The translations under genes were made by a program, and so were the position numbers. Positions 37,921-46,707 of a DNA stretch of 64,000 nucleotides are shown here, piece after piece; the stretch's first letter is position 1, and each line of letters begins with the position of its first letter. The DNA comes from Polyangiaceae bacterium (GTDB taxonomy: Bacteria; Myxococcota_A; Polyangia; Polyangiales; Polyangiaceae): NCBI GenBank assembly GCA_044376115.1, contig JBILLK010000001.1:320001-384000 (forward strand), read 5' to 3'. The notes under the pieces are model-generated. The model did not search any database. It saw only the letters and a program-made list of their open reading frames with translations, and was not told the DNA's origin.

Positions 37921-38913
37921 ATGAGCCAGCCGTCGACTCGCAAATCCATCCTCGTAACCGGCGGAGCCGGGTTTATCGGTTCCCACCTCAGTGAGAGGCT
38001 TCTCGCTGCCGGACACAAGGTGTCGGTGATCGACGATTTGTCGACTGGCTCGCTCAAGAATATCGAGCACCTTCGATCGAACCCCGACTACCACTTCTGC
38101 CGAGACACGGTCCTCAACAACTTGGTGTTGGATCGGCTCATTTCGGAAGCGGACGTGGTGGTGCACCTGGCCGCTGCGGTGGGCGTGCAACTGATCGTCG
38201 AGCGCCCGGTGCACACCATCGAGACCAACGTTGCTGGCACCGAGACGGTGCTGCGGACGGCCTTGCGCTACGGCGCAAAGGTGCTGATCGCCTCCACCTC
38301 GGAAGTGTACGGAAAGGGTTCGAAGATCCCCTTCAATGAGGAGGATGACGTGCTTTTGGGCAGCACCGCCAAGAGCCGCTGGGCCTATGCCGCCAGCAAG
38401 ATGGTGGATGAGTTCCTCGGCCTGGCTTACCACCGCGAGCACAACCTCGAGGTGGTGTGCTTCCGTCTCTTCAATACGGTCGGTCCTCGTCAGACGGGCC
38501 ACTACGGCATGGTGATTCCTCGCTTCGTGAAGGCCGGCCTCGCTGGGGAGTCGATTCCCATCTACGGGGACGGCTCGCAGTCACGTTGCTTCTGCGACGT
38601 CGCTGACGTGATTCGTGCAATTCACGGGCTGATGGATCATCCGGACGCTGTTGGCCGGGTGTTCAACATCGGCGGTCTGCAGGAGATCAGCATCGCTGGC
38701 CTCGCAGAGAAGATTCGCGACCTGACCGGCGGGAAGTCTGCCATCCAGAAGATCCCCTACTCCGAGGCCTACGCTCCTGGCTTCGAGGACATGCAACGCC
38801 GTCAGCCCGACATCTCACGCATCAATGAACTGATCGGTTGGAAGCCGGAGCTCACCCTCGATGAGATCCTCGTGCGCGTTCGTGATTGGATGGTTGATTC
38901 GCGGAGAAGCTGA
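37921..38913 (+). CDS. NAD-dependent nucleotide-sugar epimerase/dehydratase (extended SDR)
   Basis: ILVTGGAGFIGSHL, HLAAAVGV, ASTSEVYG, YAASK, RLFNTVGPRQ. Confidence 0.92.
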   Translation: MSQPSTRKSILVTGGAGFIGSHLSERLLAAGHKVSVIDDLSTGSLKNIEHLRSNPDYHFCRDTVLNNLVLDRLISEADVVVHLAAAVGVQLIVERPVHTIETNVAGTETVLRTALRYGAKVLIASTSEVYGKGSKIPFNEEDDVLLGSTAKSRWAYAASKMVDEFLGLAYHREHNLEVVCFRLFNTVGPRQTGHYGMVIPRFVKAGLAGESIPIYGDGSQSRCFCDVADVIRAIHGLMDHPDAVGRVFNIGGLQEISIAGLAEKIRDLTGGKSAIQKIPYSEAYAPGFEDMQRRQPDISRINELIGWKPELTLDEILVRVRDWMVDSRRS

Positions 38914-39944
38914 TGGCTCCGTCCGTTTTGATCCTCGGCGTTGAAGGCGACTGGGGATTGATGGGCTCCTACGGCAGAGCGTTCGCCGAGATCGGTGCGG
39001 ACGTCTCGTATTGGAATTTCAGCGCTTCCGTTGCGGCCCACGCGCGATTCGGAAAAGTCGGCCAGAGGATTGCCGGTTACCTGCCGATCGAGCCGTGGAT
39101 TCTCAAGGCCAACCGCGAGCTGATCACCACTGTGATGGAACGCAAGCCTGCGGTGGTCGCGTTCACCGGTGCAGATCTACGTGCCGGTGCGTTGGCACAG
39201 CTGAAAGTTGCGTGCCCCGACACCAAGCTCGTGCTGCTTTGGCCAGACACGCTCTTGAACTTGGGGGACCCGCTACTCAATTGCATGCGGGTCGTGGATC
39301 TTGTCGGTTGTTACTCGCAAACCGCGATTGCCCAGCTCGAATTGCTGGGCGCCAAGCAGGTGATCTGGACGCCCTTCGCGATGGATTGCGAACTCTTCCC
39401 GGAGCAGGTCGAGATAAGCCCAAGCGAGCGTCTTGCCTTCCAGAGTGACGTGAGCTTCATCGGAAATCATCGACCAGAACGCGAGCGAGACATTCTTCGA
39501 CTGGTTGACGCCGGGGTGAAGGTAAAGGTGTGGGCCGCCGCAACCTGGCCGCGGCTGGCCAAACACAAGGGCCGTGTTGCAGAGTATTTTCAAGGCGGTC
39601 CGCTGTTCGGCAAGGATGTTGCCAAAGCCATGCGTTGCTCCACGTTGGCGCTGAACCTCATCGACCCGTTGAACTACCCAGCTGCCAACATGCGTGTCTT
39701 TGAGACGTACGCTTGTTCGGCCACGCCGCTTTGTTCTCGGTGTCCGGAAGTCGAGAGCGTTTTTCCGGACCGCGAGTCGGCGTTTTACTTTGATGACGCC
39801 CAGCTTCCGAGCACGGCGCTCACGCTCTTGAAGCAGAGCGAGCTCGTTAAGTCGGTGGGTGAGCGGGGGCGTCAAACTGCTTTGGCCGCGCACAAGTACA
39901 CGCACCGAGCTCAAGCCCTTCTGCGCGCGCTGGGGTTGAATTGA
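38913..39944 (+). CDS. Glycosyltransferase, CgeB / Glyco_trans_1_2-like
   Basis: SDVSFIGNHRPERE, LALNLI, NMRVFETYAC, HKYTHRA. Confidence 0.8.
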   Translation: MAPSVLILGVEGDWGLMGSYGRAFAEIGADVSYWNFSASVAAHARFGKVGQRIAGYLPIEPWILKANRELITTVMERKPAVVAFTGADLRAGALAQLKVACPDTKLVLLWPDTLLNLGDPLLNCMRVVDLVGCYSQTAIAQLELLGAKQVIWTPFAMDCELFPEQVEISPSERLAFQSDVSFIGNHRPERERDILRLVDAGVKVKVWAAATWPRLAKHKGRVAEYFQGGPLFGKDVAKAMRCSTLALNLIDPLNYPAANMRVFETYACSATPLCSRCPEVESVFPDRESAFYFDDAQLPSTALTLLKQSELVKSVGERGRQTALAAHKYTHRAQALLRALGLN

Positions 39945-39987
39945 GCTTCCCCGTTAACCACCCTTACAGAATTCCTCGGTGTCCTCG

Positions 39988-40809
39988 ATGTTAAGGCAGC
40001 TAAAGGCAATGCTTCCCAGCCCATTGAAGTCGGGGCTCCGACAGGTTGCGTACGCGTCCTTTGCGGCGGATCCCAAGAGCTATTGGGACTATCTGAGATT
40101 GACGCGGGCTCCGCGGGGACATGGTGCGGGCTCCGCAGTTGCCCAGATTCGAGTGCGTCAACTGGGCAGCCGTCAAGTTTCACTGAGACCAGGAACGACG
40201 GATGCAACCACGGTCTTCACAACGTTTGTGCACCGCTACCATCGTCCCCCGCAAGATGCCGTGATGCGGCCCGCGCCGGTGATTTTGGACCTCGGGGCGA
40301 ACATTGGGCTAACGATGGCTGACTTTGCTACCGCCTATCCCGAGAGTCGGGTGATCGGGGTGGAGCTTGACCATCAGAACGCAGAGATCTGCCGGCGAAA
40401 TATCAGCCCTTGGCGCCACCGACTTCAACTCGTCGAAGGAGCTGTTTGGTTTGAAGACGGCCAATTGACCTATGAAGTGAGCTTTGGCTCCGAGGACGCC
40501 TTCACCGTGTCACCCTCGGAGAAATCAACGCGCGGTCGCAGTGTAACGGCGCGCGCTTTGAGCATCGCTAGCATTTTGCGTGAGGTGGGGGACCCGCCCG
40601 TCATCGACTTCATGAAGATGGACATCGAGGGTGCTGAGAGTTCCGTCCTCGAAAAGAATACGGAGTGGGCAGCTCGTGTTAACGCGATCAAGGTGGAGCT
40701 CCACCACGGCTACACACATGACGCGGCGATCGCTGCGCTTGAACGCATGGGATTTTCAGCGCGCCGAGCGTCCGATCACGTTGACTCGGTGGAGGGCGTT
40801 CGTCGCTGA
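39988..40809 (+). CDS. FkbM-family methyltransferase
   Basis: LRPGTTD, ILDLGANIG, IDFMKMDIEGAE, VELH. Confidence 0.9.
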   Translation: MLRQLKAMLPSPLKSGLRQVAYASFAADPKSYWDYLRLTRAPRGHGAGSAVAQIRVRQLGSRQVSLRPGTTDATTVFTTFVHRYHRPPQDAVMRPAPVILDLGANIGLTMADFATAYPESRVIGVELDHQNAEICRRNISPWRHRLQLVEGAVWFEDGQLTYEVSFGSEDAFTVSPSEKSTRGRSVTARALSIASILREVGDPPVIDFMKMDIEGAESSVLEKNTEWAARVNAIKVELHHGYTHDAAIAALERMGFSARRASDHVDSVEGVRR

Positions 40810-40912
40810 GGAGGTGACGTCATGGGCCCTTGCATCCGCGCCAGTAGCCTCTGGCGAATAGCAAGGGATGGTCGTTCCACGAGGTGATGCACAAACAGTG
40901 CAGCGCTAGCCA

Positions 40913-41057
40913 TGCAACCGAATCGCCACAACATGCCCTTGGGCGTACCCGCGCCACCCATCATTTCTACGAGCGTTCTCGGCAGCACATTGTGCGTTAG
41001 GAGTGAAGGTTAGTGGGTGAGGATTACCTTCCACGATTGTGGCCCGTGAAACTCGGG
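40913..41057 (+). pseudogene. Possible eroded remnant of an integrase-core (rve) transposase 3' end plus IS-like termini
   Basis: Frameshifted CNR..R...ALG and THHFYER resemble the 'YNxxRPHQxLG...GGLHHxYxR' C-terminus; ends ...TTCTCGGCAGCACA (40989); a TGTGGCCCGTGAAACTC end-like motif starts at 41038. Confidence 0.3.
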
Positions 41058-41230
41058 TGCTCCGGGTAGGCAATAGAGCGCAAGCAACATGAATCAGTAA
41101 GGTCATCCAGCGCTTGAAGTAGAAGCGCAGCGGCCGCACGGGGCCGCGCGCATCTCGCGAAGGAGCAAGACCTTCCTGATCTTGGAAAGCGCGGCTCGCC
41201 TGGTTTCATTCGAAGAGCGCGGTCCGTGCC

Positions 41231-42703
41231 TCAGGCCTCAGACCGGGCAAATTCAGCGCTGGGGCGCTCACTCTCGAGCGGGATGACAAGCTCACTACCG
41301 ACGCGCACCAGGTGCTCTTCCAGGGCGTCGACCACCATCTGCACGAGCATCTCCGATTGCGGATTGACCTCGCCTTGCTCGCTACGCCATCTCACGCAGA
41401 CCGTGAGGGAAGCCAGCTTGAAGGTCGAGGTAGCGTCCCCAGCGGGACCTAGTTGAAGCTCCCGCACGACTTCCTGAGTCAGCGGACGACTGAGCGTAAA
41501 GTTTGAGATCTCCGCCTCTTCGCAGAACGTCTTGAGCACTCCAAAGATCTCGTTGGTGTTCGCTGCGCTACGGAGTTTCACAGGAAGCTTCGGCACCAGG
41601 CGACGAAAACGTTCTGCATCCACCGTACGCATGAACGCACGACTCTCTCTGGCGGCTCGGAAATAGTCGGCGAAACCGGCGAGCCGGACCAACGCGGCGA
41701 GCACCAGGCTCGATACCAAGAGGGCTAGGCCAACCTGCCACCAACGACCAATGTAAAGGGCAATGGCGGTGCCGGTGAACACGACGCTGACGCCGTAAAT
41801 GATGAGCACCGCCCGACGATGCGTGAGCCCCATATCGAGCAGGCGATGGTGGAGATGCCCGCGATCCGGCGAGAAGATTGAGCGGCGCTCGAGGATGCGT
41901 CGGATCATCGCCAAGAGCACGTCAAAGATGGGCACGCCAAGAGCGACGATCGGCACCAGGAGCGCAACCGGCGTGGAGGCGCGCGGCCCCCCCGCGAGCG
42001 AGGTGACGGCCAAAACAAAGCCGAGGAAATAGCTCCCAGAGTCCCCCATGAAAATGCGGGCGGGGTTGAAGTTGTGGAACAGGAAGCCAATTACGGCTCC
42101 CATGGTGGCTGCCATCAACAAGCACACCCAAACCACGTTGCCAACGTAGCCAACCGTGAAGATGGTCACGCAGGCGAAGAACACGACGCCAGCGGCCAAG
42201 CCATCCAGCCCGTCAATCAGGTTGACGGCGTTGATGATGCCGACGATCCAGAAGACAGTAATTGGCAGCGCAAAGATGCCTGTGCCCACCGTCATCGTGG
42301 TGAGCGGCAGCTGGATCGAGTCAATGCCGTAGCCACAGCCGTAGGCAAAAACCGCGACCACGGCTTGAGCGATCAACTTGTACAGCGCGCGAATGCCGCG
42401 CAGGTCATCCACGTAGCCGACCGCGCACATCACGCTGCCACCGACGAACAGTCCGAGGACCCGCTTGGCATCCCCCGTGAAGGACTCCGCGACTACCGAC
42501 TCAACGAAGAATAGGAGCAATAGTGGAGTGAAGAACGCGAGGGCGATGGCGATGCCACCGAGGCGAGGAATCACGGTCGCGTTGACGTTGCGCCCGCCTG
42601 GCTTGGAAACGGCGCCGAGTCGCAATGCAAGCCGGCTCACGAGCGGTGTGAGGATGCCCCCAACCAGCGCTGCGACCAAGAATGCCGCGACAAAGCTCCT
42701 CAT
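41231..42703 (-). CDS. wecA: Undecaprenyl-phosphate HexNAc-1-phosphate transferase (WecA/TagO, MraY-like)
   Basis: IPRLGGIAI, GYVDDL, NAVNLIDGLDGLA, NFNPARIFMGDSGS, DRGHLHHRL. Confidence 0.9.
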   Translation of the reverse strand: MRSFVAAFLVAALVGGILTPLVSRLALRLGAVSKPGGRNVNATVIPRLGGIAIALAFFTPLLLLFFVESVVAESFTGDAKRVLGLFVGGSVMCAVGYVDDLRGIRALYKLIAQAVVAVFAYGCGYGIDSIQLPLTTMTVGTGIFALPITVFWIVGIINAVNLIDGLDGLAAGVVFFACVTIFTVGYVGNVVWVCLLMAATMGAVIGFLFHNFNPARIFMGDSGSYFLGFVLAVTSLAGGPRASTPVALLVPIVALGVPIFDVLLAMIRRILERRSIFSPDRGHLHHRLLDMGLTHRRAVLIIYGVSVVFTGTAIALYIGRWWQVGLALLVSSLVLAALVRLAGFADYFRAARESRAFMRTVDAERFRRLVPKLPVKLRSAANTNEIFGVLKTFCEEAEISNFTLSRPLTQEVVRELQLGPAGDATSTFKLASLTVCVRWRSEQGEVNPQSEMLVQMVVDALEEHLVRVGSELVIPLESERPSAEFARSEA

Positions 42704-42806
42704 ACCCTCGCTTGCTCCTACCAGACTTGGTTGCAGGGGTCTTCGCGGAGTTCACGCTCAAGCAAAGAGTTCGTTGACAAGCTGCGCAACGCTCGTTCAG
42801 CAGCCC

Positions 42807-44513
42807 CTATTTGTACTGATTCGAGCCGAAAACGGCTCTGAAAGTGTCAATTATGTGACGCCGATCCTGGTCCCGGAGATAGGGGTGCACCGGAATCGCC
42901 AGCACCTCCCGCGCTGCGGCCTCGGCCTCCGGAAGGAGCGGTACCTCCTGGCCCCAGTCGCTCCAAAGCTTCTGAAACACGGTGGTTCGGTGAATGGGCG
43001 CCGGGTAGTAGACCATCGACTCGATCTGATGCTGCTCAAGGTGGGCACGGAGCTTGTCGCGATGGGGGGTACGAACCACGTAGTGATGGAAGACCGACTG
43101 CTCGAGCGTTGGTAGGGTCAGCTCGCTCGTTGAGGCGATGGGGCCCAGCTCCTGTTGATAGAAGGCGGCGTTCGACCGGCGCTTCTCGGTAAGGCGGTCG
43201 AGCTCGGGCAATTTGGCGCGAAGCAACGCCGCCTGCAGAGCGTCCAAGCGGAAGTTGCCGCCCAAGAGCTCGTGGTCGTAGCGACGCTCAGCGCCGTGAT
43301 TGCGGACCGCGCGCACGCGACGCGCAAACTCCGCGTCGTTGGTCAGCACGATGCCCCCGTCACCGAGTGCGCCCAGGTTCTTGGTTGGGAAGAAGGAGAA
43401 GCAGCCAGCGAGACCGAGCGTGCCCACTACACCGTTCTCAGTTTCGGCGAAGGCCGCCTGCGCAGCGTCTTCAATCACGGGAAGGCCGTGCGCCCGCGCG
43501 ATGGCGAAGACCTCCGGGTGAACCGGCCGACCAAAGAGGTGCACCGGGAGAATGGCCTTGGTCTTGGGCGTGATTGCGGCAGCGAGCTTGGCTGGGTCGA
43601 GGTTGAAGCTGCGCGGGTCGATGTCGACGAAGACCGGCCTTGCGCCGACTCGCACGATGCAGGTGGCCGACGCAATGAACGAGAACGGCGTGGTGATGAC
43701 TTCATCCCCCGCACCCAGGCCCATCGCCATCAAGGTCGCGACGAGAGCATCACTACCGCTGGAGACGCCGATCGCATGAGCCACGCGCGCACGCGCGGCG
43801 ACCTCGTGCTCGAACGCGAGCACCTCCTCCCCGAGGATGAAGGCCCCACGGGACAAAGTGCGATCGAACGCCGACTGCAATCGCTCGCGAAAGAAGGCCA
43901 CTTCCGCTTGCACGTCGCCGATACGAATTCGCTCGGGCGGAGCGTCATCCTCGATGATGACGCAGCTGTTCTCGCTTACGTCGTAGCGTTCACCGCCCAC
44001 CGGACAGCGCACCTGGCCTGTACCAGAGAGCCGCTCGCCAGCCTTGGAGACCCAGCCAATGCGCTTAGCGGGGTTGCCTACGACCAGCGCATGATCGGGC
44101 ACGTCGCGCGTTACGACAGCGCCAGCACCGACGAAGGAATAGCGCCCAATGCGATTACCGCACACGACGACCGCACCTGCGCCAATCGTTGCGCCTGCGC
44201 CGATCACCGTCTCCGCGCGCACGCCAGAACGAAAGGCGCGCGGTCGCTCGACGTTGGTGAACACCGCGTGCGGCCCGATGAAGACACCGTCTTCAACGAC
44301 TAGACCTGCGTAGAGCGAGACGCCGTTCTGCACCCGAACGCCGTTACCGACGACGGCGCCCTCTGCGATGAAGCAGTCTTTTCCGAACGAGCAGCCTTCG
44401 CCGATCGTTGCGCCTTTCATCACGTGGCAGTGGTGCCAAAGCTTGGTGCCTTTGCCGATCGAGGCGCCGTCTTCAACGATCGCGCTGGGATGAAGGGTCA
44501 CGTCATTCATCAT
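42807..44513 (-). CDS. Fusion of hexapeptide N-acetyltransferase (WbpD/WlbB-like) and DegT/DnrJ PLP aminotransferase (WbpE/WlbC-like)
   Basis: HPSAIVEDGASIGKGTKLWH...VQNGVSLY...VFTNV.RPRA...VVGNPAKRIGW, then GVSSGSDAL, IEDAAQA, SFFPTKNLGALGDGG, all in one frame. Confidence 0.9.
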   Translation of the reverse strand: MMNDVTLHPSAIVEDGASIGKGTKLWHHCHVMKGATIGEGCSFGKDCFIAEGAVVGNGVRVQNGVSLYAGLVVEDGVFIGPHAVFTNVERPRAFRSGVRAETVIGAGATIGAGAVVVCGNRIGRYSFVGAGAVVTRDVPDHALVVGNPAKRIGWVSKAGERLSGTGQVRCPVGGERYDVSENSCVIIEDDAPPERIRIGDVQAEVAFFRERLQSAFDRTLSRGAFILGEEVLAFEHEVAARARVAHAIGVSSGSDALVATLMAMGLGAGDEVITTPFSFIASATCIVRVGARPVFVDIDPRSFNLDPAKLAAAITPKTKAILPVHLFGRPVHPEVFAIARAHGLPVIEDAAQAAFAETENGVVGTLGLAGCFSFFPTKNLGALGDGGIVLTNDAEFARRVRAVRNHGAERRYDHELLGGNFRLDALQAALLRAKLPELDRLTEKRRSNAAFYQQELGPIASTSELTLPTLEQSVFHHYVVRTPHRDKLRAHLEQHQIESMVYYPAPIHRTTVFQKLWSDWGQEVPLLPEAEAAAREVLAIPVHPYLRDQDRRHIIDTFRAVFGSNQYK

Positions 44514-45972
44514 GGTCTCTTCGGTAAAGGCAAAGCTCGCGATGGCAAAGCAAGGTCGTTGCAGGAAACGGTGGATGGCTGGTGAACGGTCCTACGAGAT
44601 GAGTTGCGCCGACGCGTTGGGCTGCGCAAAAAAAATCGCTAGGGCCGGATGATCCGTTCAAAAGTGGTCCAACCGGGCGATCGGGGAAGACCTGGCCCGG
44701 CCGCGCTGCAGCAGCTTGCACCGCGAAATGACCGAAGTCGGTGGCGCTTACGATCACTCGGTCCTGGTCGTTGATGGTGCGACCGATGGCTCGACCGACC
44801 ACGACTTCACTCTCGCGCGCGGCGAAGGCCTCTCGACGCAACACGGCCACTCGCAAGAGCGCACTGATTGCGAAGCAGCCGATAGCGTAGCCGCACGTTC
44901 GGCGCGTGAGCCGAACGATCCCGGTGCGCCAAAGGTCGACGGCGAGCCCTGCGACGATCAGCGTCAAGTACAAGTGCAGCGCGTAGATCGCGCGCTCGGA
45001 GTGATGCGTTGGGCCACCTCCGCGCAGACCAAGCAGGGTCAACAGCACGATGAACGCGCCGAAACACGCGAGCGCCAAGCGATGGGTTTGAAGGAGCTGG
45101 CTGCGCAATGGCTGTGGAGCGGCCAATAGCAAGAGCGCTCCACCGAGCAGCAGCTCGAGCTCCGCACGCCCGAAGGCGCGTAGGTATTCGAGCGCGCGCA
45201 GCGCCTGATTTGCGCCCTCCAGCGTGTTCTTGTAGTCGGCGACCACCTGCAGAAAATGGAACGCATCTCCGTACGTTCGCTGATTCCAGAGGAGCCACGC
45301 GGCGGGTCCGAGAGCGAGCAGCAGTAGGGCGGCGACTGTGCGTAGCTGCCACGACAGCGGCGCCTTACGCAGGAGCGATGCAGCGATCACGAGGCCCAGC
45401 GGAAGCCCGAGCACCCAAGCGTCATAGCGCGACAAACACGCACAAAGCATGAAGGACGACGAAAGGACGTACGCGGGTCTCGGTCCGCTCGCGTACGTGA
45501 CCGCCGCAACGACTAAGCCAGCGACCAATAGATCGGGAACCGCCGAAGCACCGAGCCGAAGACTCCAAGGAAGAACGCTCGCGAGTACAGCAGCGAGCAA
45601 TGCCTTGCTGCCGTCACCGTCGTGAACTCTGCGAGCCGCAAAGTAGACGAGCAGGCTCGCGACGACGCCGCACGCAACGCCAACGCCCTGCGCCGTGGCC
45701 AGGCTGCTTCCAAACATCCGCATCGCTAGGCCGGTGAGCCAAAACGGTAGCGGCAGCCAACTCGTCTGGCTTGGATCCTCCACGGCGACTTCGCTCGGGC
45801 TGAACCTTGGCTCGCGAGCGAAGTATTGAGCGATCACCGTGCGCGAGTAGTCGTCGTCGCTGATGCCCTCAAAACCGAGCGCGATGGTCAGAACACCAGC
45901 CAGCAATTTGAGCGCACTGAGCGGAAATACGGCCCAGGGAGTGCGCAACAACTCTAAGGCACGGCCCTTCAA
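44503..45972 (-). CDS. GT-C fold (PMT/ArnT-like) membrane glycosyltransferase
   Basis: First loop ISDDDYSR, SWLPLPFW, LSRYDAW, WLLWNQRTYGD; about 11 TM helices. Confidence 0.65.
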   Translation of the reverse strand: MKGRALELLRTPWAVFPLSALKLLAGVLTIALGFEGISDDDYSRTVIAQYFAREPRFSPSEVAVEDPSQTSWLPLPFWLTGLAMRMFGSSLATAQGVGVACGVVASLLVYFAARRVHDGDGSKALLAAVLASVLPWSLRLGASAVPDLLVAGLVVAAVTYASGPRPAYVLSSSFMLCACLSRYDAWVLGLPLGLVIAASLLRKAPLSWQLRTVAALLLLALGPAAWLLWNQRTYGDAFHFLQVVADYKNTLEGANQALRALEYLRAFGRAELELLLGGALLLLAAPQPLRSQLLQTHRLALACFGAFIVLLTLLGLRGGGPTHHSERAIYALHLYLTLIVAGLAVDLWRTGIVRLTRRTCGYAIGCFAISALLRVAVLRREAFAARESEVVVGRAIGRTINDQDRVIVSATDFGHFAVQAAAARPGQVFPDRPVGPLLNGSSGPSDFFCAAQRVGATHLVGPFTSHPPFPATTLLCHRELCLYRRDHDE

Positions 45973-45983
45973 CGGGCTTCGAA

Positions 45984-46268
45984 TCAGGGAGCGGGCTCGG
46001 TCGGAGTCTCCTCGAACTCGCGCAGCGCGCGGTCACCGCCCGAGGAGATGTACGCCAAAGCCACGCTGGTCAGCATGAAGATGATGGCGCTCGCGGCCGT
46101 GAGCCGCGTCATGAAGTTGCCAGCACCGCGACCACCAAACACCTGCCCTGCCGTTGCGCCGCCCAGCCCCGCGAGGCCCCCGCCCCCTTTGCCTTGCTGC
46201 AAAAGCACGACGAGGATCAGGAAGAAGCAGACGATCACGTGCACGACGTTGAGAATCGAGTGAAGCAT
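45984..46268 (-). CDS. secG: Preprotein translocase subunit SecG
   Basis: LILVVLLQQGKGGG...FGGRGAGNFMTRLT...FMLTSVAL. Confidence 0.95.
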   Translation of the reverse strand: MLHSILNVVHVIVCFFLILVVLLQQGKGGGGLAGLGGATAGQVFGGRGAGNFMTRLTAASAIIFMLTSVALAYISSGGDRALREFEETPTEPAP

Positions 46269-46320
46269 GGGTGCCGCGCTGGTTTACTCGGTTCGCTGGG
46301 GGAGCGCCAGCTTTGAAAGG

Positions 46321-46707
46321 TCAATTGGGGTCGGCTCCGCCTGCTCCACCGGCTCCGCCTGCTCCACCGGCTCCGCCTGCACCACCGGCTCCGCCTGCAC
46401 CACCGGCTCCGCCTGCACCACCGGCTCCGCCGTCACCACCGGCTCCGCCGTCACCACCGGCTCCGCCGTCACCACCGGCTCCGCCGTCACCACCGGCTCC
46501 GCCGTCACCACCGGCGCCTGCCTCATTTCCGCCGCCGGCGCCACCAAGCGCGTCGCGCCCGCCGGCACCACCAATCCCAGTGCCGTTCGCGCCGCCGGCT
46601 TGGCTGCCTCCGCCTGAGCCGGTCTCGTAGTCATTCGGCGGGTCTGGCTGCGGATCGAACACGCAGCCCGCGATCAGCAACATGCCTGTGAGAAGCGAAG
46701 CCTTCAT
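46321..46707 (-). CDS. Small Gly/Ala-rich lipoprotein with CVFDPQPDPP motif (copy 2)
   Basis: GGAGG RBS; lipobox LIAGC; then VFDPQPDPP and GGDGGA/GGAGGA repeats; ATGA-coupled to the upstream paralogue. Confidence 0.7.
   Translation of the reverse strand: MKASLLTGMLLIAGCVFDPQPDPPNDYETGSGGGSQAGGANGTGIGGAGGRDALGGAGGGNEAGAGGDGGAGGDGGAGGDGGAGGDGGAGGDGGAGGAGGAGGAGGAGGAGGAGGAGGAGGAGGADPN
46332..46511. repeat. Coding 18-bp tandem repeat, 10 units
   Basis: CGGCTCCGCC(TGCT/TGCA/GTCA)CCAC in 2+3+5 copies. Confidence 0.9.

Noticed and set aside
40810..41230. tmRNA, RNase P RNA or tRNA in the long intergenic gap
   Set aside because: No GAGGAAAGTCC-type RNase P motif, T-arm GTTCGA...CCA end or cloverleaf found on either strand by eye.
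43155..44303. 382-aa plus-strand ORF (also 13103-14035 and 14493-15425)
   Set aside because: Antisense to well-supported genes, with no recognisable motifs.
46271..46634. Poly-(PPA/PPS) ORF on plus and (AEPVV[TQ])n ORF on minus
   Set aside because: Alternative frames of the 18-bp repeat. The frame with RBS, lipobox and the shared CVFDPQPDPP motif is the credible one.
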